64,000 nucleotides of DNA from Thermoplasmata archaeon (GTDB lineage Archaea; Thermoplasmatota; Thermoplasmata; Lutacidiplasmatales; UBA184), in contig JBKQNC010000013.1 of the NCBI GenBank assembly GCA_052326445.1, forward strand, positions 8,057 to 72,056. Reading direction: 5' to 3'. Shown piece after piece: positions 56,352 through 64,000 of this stretch. A model generated the notes under the pieces. The model was given only the letters and a program-made list of their open reading frames with translations, searched no databases and was not told the origin of the DNA. How positions within the stretch are numbered: the stretch's first letter is position 1; each line of letters opens with the position of its first letter. The position numbers were made by a program, and so were the translations under genes.

Positions 56352-56982
56352 CACAGATCTCCGCGATCGGACATTCCGGGCAGCGCGGCCCGATCGGGCG
56401 GCAGACGTTCTGGCCGTGTTGGACGAGCAGGGGGTTGACCGGGATCCAGTACTTCGGGTCCACGACCCGCGTCAGTTCCCGTTCCGTCTCCTCGGGGGTG
56501 CGGGTGTGCACCACCCCGAGCCGGTTCGCGATCCGGTGCACGTGGGTGTCGACCGGGATCGCCGGGATCCCGTAGCCGAACACGAGCACGCAGTTCGCCG
56601 TCTTCGGGCCGACCCCGGGCATCGACGTCAGCTCTTCGAAGGTCCGGGGCGTACTCCCGCGGAACCGGTCGCGCACTTCGACCGCGACCCGTCGGAGGAC
56701 GCGGGCCTTGGTGTGGTAGAACCCGGTCCCGTGGATAAGCCGCTCGACCTCCCGCACCGGGGCCTGCGCCAGGGAGTCCGGGTCCGGGTACCGGGCGAAC
56801 AGGTGCGCGCTGGCGACGTCGGTGGCTTCGTCCCGCGTGCGCTGGGAGAGGATCGTCCCGATCAGCACCTGGAACGGATTCTCCGCGTGGTCGCGGAGGT
56901 ACGGGACCCGCCAGTCGCCGGTCCGGTAGAACCCGCTCAGTCGGTCGAGGAGTGTCTCCCACGGAAAATCGCGCTCGCTCAC
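56140..56982 (-). CDS. nth: Endonuclease III (HhH-GPD, 4Fe-4S)
   Basis: PFQVLIGTILSQRTRD, MPGVGPKTANC, PVDTHVHRI, CRPIGPRCPECPIAEIC; GTG 56982; long low-complexity tail. Confidence 0.92.
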   Translation of the reverse strand: MSERDFPWETLLDRLSGFYRTGDWRVPYLRDHAENPFQVLIGTILSQRTRDEATDVASAHLFARYPDPDSLAQAPVREVERLIHGTGFYHTKARVLRRVAVEVRDRFRGSTPRTFEELTSMPGVGPKTANCVLVFGYGIPAIPVDTHVHRIANRLGVVHTRTPEETERELTRVVDPKYWIPVNPLLVQHGQNVCRPIGPRCPECPIAEICATGRALEEGRAPPRPADGPRPSGSRGGRPARPASGRSPRPGRSTRRSTPGPRPPSRTARKPRRRLRAGSS

Positions 56983-58400
56983 GCCGGGCCCCCCCTCCGC
57001 CCCGGGGGAGACTCGACCCCGGGGTCGGAGAGGTCGGGTTCGACCCCGCCGTCCGGCCGCATGAGCTCCCCTATCAGGTAGTCGCTTCCGACGACGAGCG
57101 TGAACCCGTCCGGGGCCGTGGCGGCCCGTCCCATGCGGACTCCCTCCTCGGCGCTCCGGGCGACGACGATGCGGGGGAACCGACCGGCCGCCTCGACGCG
57201 GATCTCGGTGGAGGAGAGGGAACGCTCTGAGCGAACGGGCACGACCACGAGGGTGCGGGCCAAGGGGCTCAAGGCATCCAGGATGCGGGCGACGTCCTTG
57301 CCTCGGAGACAGCCGAAGACGATGGCGTTCTCGTCCGGGTCGCCGAGGGGGCAGAGCTCTCCCAGGCTCTCGGCCAGGGCCCGGGCGCTTTCGGGAGTGT
57401 GCGCGACGTCGTAGTAGAGGTCGGGGCGTCGGCCCGCGCGTTCGAGCCGCCCCGGCCACTTCACTTTCGAGAGACCCCGCTGGGTCGCCTCGGGAGAGAG
57501 CTTCCGGTCGAGCGCGGCGAGGAATCGGGCCGAGGCCCCGACCGCGCACGCGAGGTTGGCCGCCTGGAAGGTGCCCCAGAGCGGCACGGCCAGCCCCTCG
57601 ATGGTGTTCCCCGGAAGGTGGAGGTCGAACTTCTGGCCGCTCTCGGAGAGGGACCGATTCTCGTACCGGACCTCGCGTCCGAGATGCCAGAGCGGGACTC
57701 CGGCGCGGTCGGCTTCGGCCTCAACGACCGCGGCGGCCGTGGCCGGAAGGGCGCCGATGACTCCGGTCATACCGGGGTGGAAGATACCGGATTTCTCCCG
57801 GGCGATCGATTCCACGTCGGGGCCGAGGAGCTCCGTGTGCTCGAGCTCGATGGTCGTGATCACACCGACCTCGCTCCGGAGGACGTTCGTGGAGTCGAGA
57901 CGGCCTCCCATCCCGACCTCGACGACCGCCGCGTCGACCGACCGGGCCGCGAACCAGTCGAACGCGAGCACCGTCGTGACCTCGAAGAACGTCGGAGGGC
58001 GCTCGATGGCCCCCTCTCGGAGGAGGCGTTGGGCAGTGGCATCGATCCGGCAGACACCGTCGACCACCGCCTCTGGAGGGATGGGGCCCCGGTCGACCTG
58101 GATACGGTCGCGGAAGCTCGCGAGATGCGGGGACGTGAAGAGGCCGGTCCGGAGCGCGTGGCCGCGCAGGACCGCGTCGGCGAAGGCGGCGGTGGAGCCT
58201 TTGCCCTTGCTGCCGGTGATGTGCAGGGACGGGTACTGACGCTGCGGATTCCCGTGGGCGGAGAGGATCGCCGAGACGACCTCGAGGCCGGGTCGGACCC
58301 CGAACCTCCGCCGGGCGAACAGGGAGTCCAGGGTGGCGCGGTACCCCCGCACTTCCTCCGGCGCAGCCCGAGGAGCCCCCGACCCAGGTTGCCGCGCCAC
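56979..58400 (-). CDS. folC: Folylpolyglutamate synthase / dihydrofolate synthase
   Basis: HITGSKGKGS, FTSPHL, TFFEVTT, VEVGMGGRLDSTN, IAREKSGI, WPGRLE, DVAHT; start 58400 or 58454. Confidence 0.93.
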   Translation of the reverse strand: MARQPGSGAPRAAPEEVRGYRATLDSLFARRRFGVRPGLEVVSAILSAHGNPQRQYPSLHITGSKGKGSTAAFADAVLRGHALRTGLFTSPHLASFRDRIQVDRGPIPPEAVVDGVCRIDATAQRLLREGAIERPPTFFEVTTVLAFDWFAARSVDAAVVEVGMGGRLDSTNVLRSEVGVITTIELEHTELLGPDVESIAREKSGIFHPGMTGVIGALPATAAAVVEAEADRAGVPLWHLGREVRYENRSLSESGQKFDLHLPGNTIEGLAVPLWGTFQAANLACAVGASARFLAALDRKLSPEATQRGLSKVKWPGRLERAGRRPDLYYDVAHTPESARALAESLGELCPLGDPDENAIVFGCLRGKDVARILDALSPLARTLVVVPVRSERSLSSTEIRVEAAGRFPRIVVARSAEEGVRMGRAATAPDGFTLVVGSDYLIGELMRPDGGVEPDLSDPGVESPPGRRGGPA

Positions 58401-58416
58401 GCTCGTCCGGCCGTCG

Positions 58417-60135
58417 TTAGTAGGTCGATCGCTCGCGGTACGGTCCGTAGACATCTTGGAAGGCGTGCACGACCTCGCCGAGCGTGGCTCGGGCGCGCAG
58501 GGCGTCGAGCACGGCTGGCATGGTGTTCTCGCGCTCGGTGGCCGCGACCCGGCGGAGACGGTCGAGCGCCGCCTCCCACTTCGCCCGGGACCGCCGGGCC
58601 CGGAGCGCCTTCAGCCGACGGGATTGAAGTCGTCGTGCCTGCTCCGAGATCTTGAGGCGAGGGACCCGGATCGGGGTGTCCACGGTGTAGGCATTCACGC
58701 CCACGACTTTCTGCTCGCCGGTTTCGACCGAACGCTGGTACCGGAACGAGGCCTCCTGGATCTCCCGCTGGAAGAAGCCGCGTTCGATGCCGGCGACGAC
58801 ACCGCCCATCTCGTCGATCCGGGCGAAGTACCGCCGGGCCTCCTCCTCCATCTGGTCGGTGAGCCACTCGACGTAGTAGCTGCCGGCGAACGGGTCCACG
58901 GTCTCGGTCACCCCGGACTCCGACGCCAGGATCTGCTGCGTGCGGAGCGCGATGCGGACCGCGTCCTCGCTCGGAAGCTGGAGCGCTTCGTCGTACGAGT
59001 TGGTATGCAGGGATTGCGTTCCTCCGATCACGCCGGCGAGCGCCTGGACCGCGGTGCGCACGATGTTCAGCTCGGGCTGCTGGGCGGTGCACGAGCAGCC
59101 GGCGGTCTGGGTGTGGAAGCGCATCCAGAGGGAGCGCTCCTTCTTCGCCCCGAACTCCTCCTTCATCACGCTCGCCCACAGACGGCGCGCGGCCCGGAAC
59201 TTCGCGATCTCCTCGAAGAAGTCGTTGTGGGAGTTGAAGAAGAACGAGAGCCGGGGCGCGAAGTCGTCGACGTCCAGGCCGCGCTCGATCCCGGCTGCGA
59301 CGTACGCCCGTCCGTCCGCGAGGGTGAAGGCGAGCTCCTGGACCGCGGTCGAGCCGGCCTCCCGGATGTGATACCCGGAGATCGAGACCGGGTTCCAGCG
59401 GGGCGTGTGGCGGGTGGCGTACTCGATCGTGTCCGTCACGAGCCGGAGCGCGGGGCGGGGAGGATACAGGAACTCCTTCTGGGCGATGTACTCCTTCAGG
59501 ATGTCGTTCTGCGTCGTACCCCCGAGCTGACTCGCGGGGACGTCCATCGCCTCCCCCGTGAGCAGGTACATGCCCCAGACGATGTTCGCGGGGCCGTTGA
59601 TCGTCATGCTGGTCGTGACGTCCGCGAGCGGGATCCCGGCGAGGAGCCGATGCATGTCGTCGAGCGAGCTCACGTTCACGCCACATTTTCCGACCTCGCC
59701 GAGCGACTCGCCGTCGTCGGCGTCCAGCCCATAGAGCGTCGGGTCGTCGAACGCGATCGAAAGGCCGGACTCCCCGTGACGGAGCAAGTAGTGGAAACGG
59801 CGGTTCGTGTCCTCGGGCGACCCGAACCCCGAGAACATCCGCATGGACCACGTTCGCCCGCGGTACATCGTGGGATGGACGCCCCGCGTGAAGGGAGGGG
59901 CCCCCGGGTACCCGATGCCGTCGAACCCGGACCGGGGGGAACGCGGGGTGTAGACCCGTTCGACCGGGATCCCCCCGAGGGTCGAGAACGCGTCCTTGCG
60001 CTCCGGGTTCTTTCTGAGTGCGGGGACCAGCACTTCGGCCTCCCACTTCCGCTGCGCGTCGAGCACCGGGTCAGCGCTCCGGGCCCGGGTTCCGCGGGGG
60101 GACGCGGGGCCCGCGTCCGGCCGGCTGGCCGACAT
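58417..60135 (-). CDS. Methylmalonyl-CoA mutase, substrate-binding (large) subunit
   Basis: PFTRGVHPTMY, TSMTIN, GTTQNDILKEY, SISGYHIREAG, FEEIAKFRAARR, SLHTNSYDEA; no B12-binding domain. Confidence 0.95.
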   Translation of the reverse strand: MSASRPDAGPASPRGTRARSADPVLDAQRKWEAEVLVPALRKNPERKDAFSTLGGIPVERVYTPRSPRSGFDGIGYPGAPPFTRGVHPTMYRGRTWSMRMFSGFGSPEDTNRRFHYLLRHGESGLSIAFDDPTLYGLDADDGESLGEVGKCGVNVSSLDDMHRLLAGIPLADVTTSMTINGPANIVWGMYLLTGEAMDVPASQLGGTTQNDILKEYIAQKEFLYPPRPALRLVTDTIEYATRHTPRWNPVSISGYHIREAGSTAVQELAFTLADGRAYVAAGIERGLDVDDFAPRLSFFFNSHNDFFEEIAKFRAARRLWASVMKEEFGAKKERSLWMRFHTQTAGCSCTAQQPELNIVRTAVQALAGVIGGTQSLHTNSYDEALQLPSEDAVRIALRTQQILASESGVTETVDPFAGSYYVEWLTDQMEEEARRYFARIDEMGGVVAGIERGFFQREIQEASFRYQRSVETGEQKVVGVNAYTVDTPIRVPRLKISEQARRLQSRRLKALRARRSRAKWEAALDRLRRVAATERENTMPAVLDALRARATLGEVVHAFQDVYGPYRERSTY

Positions 60136-60174
60136 CGACGCGAAGAGAGGCGTCGGGTCGGATAAGCCCGGGGG

Positions 60175-60984
60175 TCATCCCGACGTTGGGGCCCGCACCG
60201 GGGGGCGCGACCGGGAGCGGGGCGGAGGGATCCGGAAGCCCAGCAGATGGGACGTGCCCCGACGATAGACCTTGCCCCGGAGCTCTTTCGCGAACTTGGG
60301 GAAGGCATCGCCGGTCCAATTGGTGTTGTCCGCCAGGACGACAGCGCCAGGGGGGAGCTTCGGACGGAGGCAGGTGAGTTCCTCGGTGAGATGCTCCTCC
60401 GTATGCAGGTCGTCGTGCAGGAACAGTTCCACCGAGGGGAGCTGGGCCACGAGCTCGGGCAGGAGCTTCTGGGCCTCCCCGATCCGGAGGTCCCAGCGGG
60501 GGGAACGGAACGGGATGGCCCACCCGCTCGACAGACCGGGCGGGATCGATACCGGGGACTCGTCCTTCCCGAGGACTGGCCCCTTCTGAGGCGTTGGGAA
60601 GTCGATCGAGTGGAGGGTGCCGGCGTGGTTCTTCTCGAGGGCGAGGAGAAGGTGGGCCGAGGAGACCCCCGAGCTCACCCCGGTTTCCACCACGTGCTGG
60701 GGGTGCAGCAGCCGAACGAGGGCGTAGAGCTCGAACGGGGCGCCGATCTGGGCGTAGTTTCCGCGGCCTCCGGCGACGTGCCGTCGCCGCATCTCCTCCT
60801 CGACCGGGACGAGCGCGTCGAGCTCTCCGAGCACGGCCAAGATCTCGGCGGGGGACGCCCCCGAGAGCGAACGGAGGAATCGAATGTTGACCGCGGTACG
60901 AGGGTCGCCGATCGCATGCCGGGCCTTTCGGACCGCGGCCCGAACCTGCGCCGCGAGGTCGACGGTCTCTTCCGGCTCGGTCAT
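60175..60984 (-). CDS. Class I SAM-dependent methyltransferase (Methyltransf_24-like)
   Basis: LYALVR, VVETGVSSGVSS, LHSIDFP, LFLHDDLH, LADN. Confidence 0.85.
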   Translation of the reverse strand: MTEPEETVDLAAQVRAAVRKARHAIGDPRTAVNIRFLRSLSGASPAEILAVLGELDALVPVEEEMRRRHVAGGRGNYAQIGAPFELYALVRLLHPQHVVETGVSSGVSSAHLLLALEKNHAGTLHSIDFPTPQKGPVLGKDESPVSIPPGLSSGWAIPFRSPRWDLRIGEAQKLLPELVAQLPSVELFLHDDLHTEEHLTEELTCLRPKLPPGAVVLADNTNWTGDAFPKFAKELRGKVYRRGTSHLLGFRIPPPRSRSRPPVRAPTSG

Positions 60985-61679
60985 CGGTCGACGTCCCCTC
61001 CCTCCCGGGACCGCTTCGGTTCAAGATGGGCCTTTCGGACGACGAGGCGGGCCGTCGCGGGTCGGACGTCTCGCTCGACCGCGTCCAGGACGATCCGTTC
61101 CCGGAAGAACGGCGCGTCGAGGACGAGCGTCTCGTACTCACCCCCCTCTCCCGCGGGATGCACGCGGGGACCCGATCGCCCTTCGAGCTCGGCGAGGCGC
61201 CGGTCGTCCAACCGCTGACCCAACCATTCCGAAGAGAGACCTTCCGCCGCGAGGTGGACGAATCGGATGTCGAGTCCCGCCGAGATCTCTTCCCGGACCA
61301 CCCGGGCCGGGTCCTTGCGCCAGAGCGGTGTGTAGACGGGGCGGCCGACCCGGTCGGCGACGCGGAGCAGGCGAGCCCACTGGTACGAAGACTCGATCGC
61401 CCCGGCGACGACCCACCCACGGCGTCCCCGGAGGGCTTCCTCCAACGCCGCGAGCTCGCCCGCTTCGTCCCCTCCCGGCACCGGAACGCTCCGGTAGGAC
61501 TTTCCCCAGGCTTCGGCCTGCAGGGCGACCAGCTCGAGGTTCGGGGTGTGGAACATCATCGAGTCGGGATCGGTCGGTCGCAGGACGAGCAGCTCGTCCA
61601 CGTTGCGTCCCTGGAGGTCGGCGAGGTAGGCGGAGTAAACGGAGTCCTTTCCACCGGAGACGAGGGCCGTGACGGTCAT
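60981..61679 (-). CDS. Diphthine--ammonia ligase (Dph6 family, PP-loop ATPase)
   Basis: SGGKDS, DSMMFH, GAIESSYQ, PLW, GEGGEYETLVLDAPFF; ATG 61679. Confidence 0.9.
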   Translation of the reverse strand: MTVTALVSGGKDSVYSAYLADLQGRNVDELLVLRPTDPDSMMFHTPNLELVALQAEAWGKSYRSVPVPGGDEAGELAALEEALRGRRGWVVAGAIESSYQWARLLRVADRVGRPVYTPLWRKDPARVVREEISAGLDIRFVHLAAEGLSSEWLGQRLDDRRLAELEGRSGPRVHPAGEGGEYETLVLDAPFFRERIVLDAVERDVRPATARLVVRKAHLEPKRSREGGDVDR

Positions 61680-61687
61680 GCTCTTGC

Positions 61688-63997
61688 TCAGCCCGGCAGA
61701 CCGAGGCCGACCCGCCAGCGCTCGTACAGGGGTGGGAGCGGGACCGTTGCCAGGCGGTCCTTCCCCTGACGGAACTCGGCCTCGTGACCCTGGACCGTGC
61801 CGAGCCGCACGCAGGCCTGGTTCCGGAAGGAGCGCTCCCAGCGGGAGGAGTCCGCCTCGCGGACCTCGGCGACGAACCGCGAGGCTCCCTCCGCCGCGAG
61901 TGCGGTCGCCGCCGAACGAACTCCGGTCGCTCCCAAGTCCACCGAAAATCCCGAGTCCCCGCCGAACGCCATCTCGCAAAGGGTGACCGCAAGGCCCCCC
62001 TCGGAGACGTCGTGGGCGGAACGGACCCAGCCTCGTTCCATCCCGCGGACCAGGGTCTCCCCGAGCCGTTTCAGTTCCCCGGGTGCGGTCGGGGGGACCC
62101 GCAGCCCGGTCGTCCCCGTCCGGCGCGCCCAGAGAGAGCCACCGAGTTCGGGGGAGGTCGTACCGAGGAGATAGAGTGCGTTTCCCTCCTCCTTGAGGTC
62201 GGAGGTCGTGGCCCGACGGAGGTCCCGGACGAGCCCTGTCGCAAGCAACACCGGGGTCGGGGGGATCTCCGCGCCCAGACCGCCGTTGTAGAGACTGACA
62301 TTGCCGGAAGGGATGGCGAATCCAAGGGCGGCGGCGGCTCGAGCCATCCCTCGGGTGACGGCGGCGAAATCTCCGAGCACCCGAGGGTCCTCGGGGTTGC
62401 CGAAGTTCAGGCAGTTCGAGAAGGCATCCGGTCGGGCTCCGACTGCGTAGAGGTTCCGGGCGGCTTCCTCCACGGTCGCTTCGCCGCCGCGAAGCGGGTC
62501 TGCCCGACAGATCCAGGGTTGCGAGGAGGTCGCGACCGCCAGCCCTTCCCATCGATCCGGGTCCGGCTGGAGCACCGCGGCGTCCCCGTGCGACGGGGTG
62601 CGGACACCTCCGTGAAGGGGCCGGACCGCCGTCCGTCCCTGCACCTCATGGTCGTAGAGCCGGATGACGGGCTCCCTCGACACCGAGTCCGGGGCGAGCA
62701 CGAGGTCGGTCACGAGCCGGGCGAGGTCCTGCTCCGGCAGGAGAGGCGAGGGTCGTGCGACGTGACGACGGGCTCGCGTAGGGCGGTGGAGTGGGGCGTG
62801 TTCCACGCGGAACCCGACCCTGAGGTGGGCCACCGGACGTCCGTCCCACTCGATCGTCTCGAACGGGGGCGGAGTGACCTCGCCGATGGCGGTAGCGGGT
62901 ACGTCGTACCGGAGGAAGATCGCGGTGAGTTCGTCGAGGTCGGTCGGGCGGACGTCGAGGACCATTCGCTCCTGCGATTCGGAGACCCAGACCTCCCACG
63001 GGCGGAGGCCCTCCTCCCGCAGGGGAACGCGCGCCAGGTCCAGGCGCGAGCCGAAGCCGCCCGCGTGCACGAGCTCCCCAAACGCGGACGCGATCCCTCC
63101 CCCTCCGAGGTCCTTGAGGCCCCGGACCAGGCCCCGGTCGAACGCCTCGAGACAGGCGTGGATCAGCGGTTCCTTCATGATGGGGTTTCCGAGCTGGACG
63201 GCGCCCCGCGATTCCGACTCGCTCCGGTCGGTGATCTCCTTGGAAGCGAACGCCACGCCCCCGATCCCGTCCCGACCGGTCCGGCCTCCCACGAGGACCA
63301 ACCGGTCCCCGACCGCGCGCGCCCGGTTCGGCAGCAACCGACGGCGGGGGAGGAACCCGATGCACCCGACGTTGACGAGGGGGTTGACGACGTAGGCGGG
63401 GTCGAAGTAGATCCCGCCGGAGACGGTCGGCACGCCGACCCGATTCCCGTAGTCGCGGATCCCGGCGATGACGCCATTGGCGAGGTACCGGGGGCTCTTG
63501 ACCCCCTTCGGAAGCTGGGAATCGGGGAGGTCGAGCGGGCCAAAGAACAGGGGGTCGCTGAGCGCGATCGGTTTCGCTCCGACCGCCAACACATCTCGCA
63601 GGATGCCGCCGATGCCCGTCGCCGCGCCTCCGTACGGCTCGACCGCCGAGGGATGGTTGTGGGATTCGATGCGGAGGGCATACGCGGTCCCCGGAGCGAA
63701 CCGCATGACCCCCGCGTCGCCGGTTCCCAGCACCCGAGAGCCTGGGCGGAGACGAGAGAAAGCGCGCCGGAGAAACGGTCGGGAGCTCTTGTAGCTGCAG
63801 TGCTCGCTCCAACTCTGCGCGAGGCCGGCGAGCTCGACATCCGTCGGGTCGCGGCCCTCCTTTCGGAAGTACGACTGGATGCGGGCAAGCTCGGTTCGGT
63901 CGAAACCGAGACCCCGGGCCCGGGAGATCGATTCGAGCTCGACCGCCGTGGCCCGTTGGACGGGGATGACGGAGACGCCGCGGGCCCAGTCCGTCAT
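61688..63997 (-). CDS. purL: Phosphoribosylformylglycinamidine synthase subunit PurL
   Basis: WSEHCSYKSS, ESHNHPSAVEPYGGAATGIGGILRD, TGRDGIGG, DLGGGG, SESQERM, CLNFGNP, GNVSLYN, HDVSEGG; true start may lie just beyond the window edge. Confidence 0.96.
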   Translation of the reverse strand: MTDWARGVSVIPVQRATAVELESISRARGLGFDRTELARIQSYFRKEGRDPTDVELAGLAQSWSEHCSYKSSRPFLRRAFSRLRPGSRVLGTGDAGVMRFAPGTAYALRIESHNHPSAVEPYGGAATGIGGILRDVLAVGAKPIALSDPLFFGPLDLPDSQLPKGVKSPRYLANGVIAGIRDYGNRVGVPTVSGGIYFDPAYVVNPLVNVGCIGFLPRRRLLPNRARAVGDRLVLVGGRTGRDGIGGVAFASKEITDRSESESRGAVQLGNPIMKEPLIHACLEAFDRGLVRGLKDLGGGGIASAFGELVHAGGFGSRLDLARVPLREEGLRPWEVWVSESQERMVLDVRPTDLDELTAIFLRYDVPATAIGEVTPPPFETIEWDGRPVAHLRVGFRVEHAPLHRPTRARRHVARPSPLLPEQDLARLVTDLVLAPDSVSREPVIRLYDHEVQGRTAVRPLHGGVRTPSHGDAAVLQPDPDRWEGLAVATSSQPWICRADPLRGGEATVEEAARNLYAVGARPDAFSNCLNFGNPEDPRVLGDFAAVTRGMARAAAALGFAIPSGNVSLYNGGLGAEIPPTPVLLATGLVRDLRRATTSDLKEEGNALYLLGTTSPELGGSLWARRTGTTGLRVPPTAPGELKRLGETLVRGMERGWVRSAHDVSEGGLAVTLCEMAFGGDSGFSVDLGATGVRSAATALAAEGASRFVAEVREADSSRWERSFRNQACVRLGTVQGHEAEFRQGKDRLATVPLPPLYERWRVGLGLPG

Positions 63998-64000
63998 GGA

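Noticed and set aside
52712-56575. 1287-aa plus-strand ORF and similar long ORFs (20133-22451, 22548-24386, 50801-52363, 58333-60165)
   Set aside because: Antisense or off-frame shadows of well-supported genes; expected at this GC content and with no recognisable motifs
58417-60135. Methylmalonyl-CoA mutase lacking a B12 domain and GMP synthase lacking a glutaminase domain as pseudogenes
   Set aside because: Split subunits are the normal archaeal arrangement
1-64000. CRISPR array, rRNA, provirus or defence island
   Set aside because: No regularly spaced repeats, rRNA-like tract, integrase, capsid or cas genes seen by eye

Overview
GC-rich, densely coding chromosomal segment, almost certainly from an archaeon and most likely a Thermoplasmata-type lineage (inference). 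Support for this: archaeal-type AlaRS, diphthine-ammonia ligase, stand-alone GMP synthase B subunit, split methylmalonyl-CoA mutase, split MetE, a GvpD/KaiC-like ATPase, tRNA genes without encoded CCA, and TATA-like boxes about 25-30 bp upstream of the tRNAs. About 70 protein genes were called, mostly housekeeping or metabolic (purA/E/L, guaA-B, alaS, thrC, tdh-kbl, msrA/B, amt, folC, nth, RNase HI, cyclophilin), plus tRNA-Ala(CGC), tRNA-Val(CAC) and one complete IS701-family element with 16-bp TIRs and a CTAG target duplication. I saw no CRISPR array, rRNA, integrase or provirus, and no single large novel multi-gene system. The best leads are: (i) a methionine operon joining a mycobacterial-type (Rv2172c-like) MTHFR to a split MetE, behind a structured, TATA-less leader downstream of a tRNA; (ii) an unannotated, translationally coupled two-microprotein operon; (iii) a protein resembling a mobile-element replication protein that has lost its ATPase core; (iv) a GST lacking the usual glutathione-binding motif; (v) eukaryote- or bacteria-like enzymes (SET domain, ACE-like M2 peptidase, class III adenylyl cyclase-TPR); and (vi) a possible decayed tRNA. 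All product calls come from motif recognition by eye and no database searches were run. Start codons were adjusted from the ORF track where motifs or overlaps suggested it.
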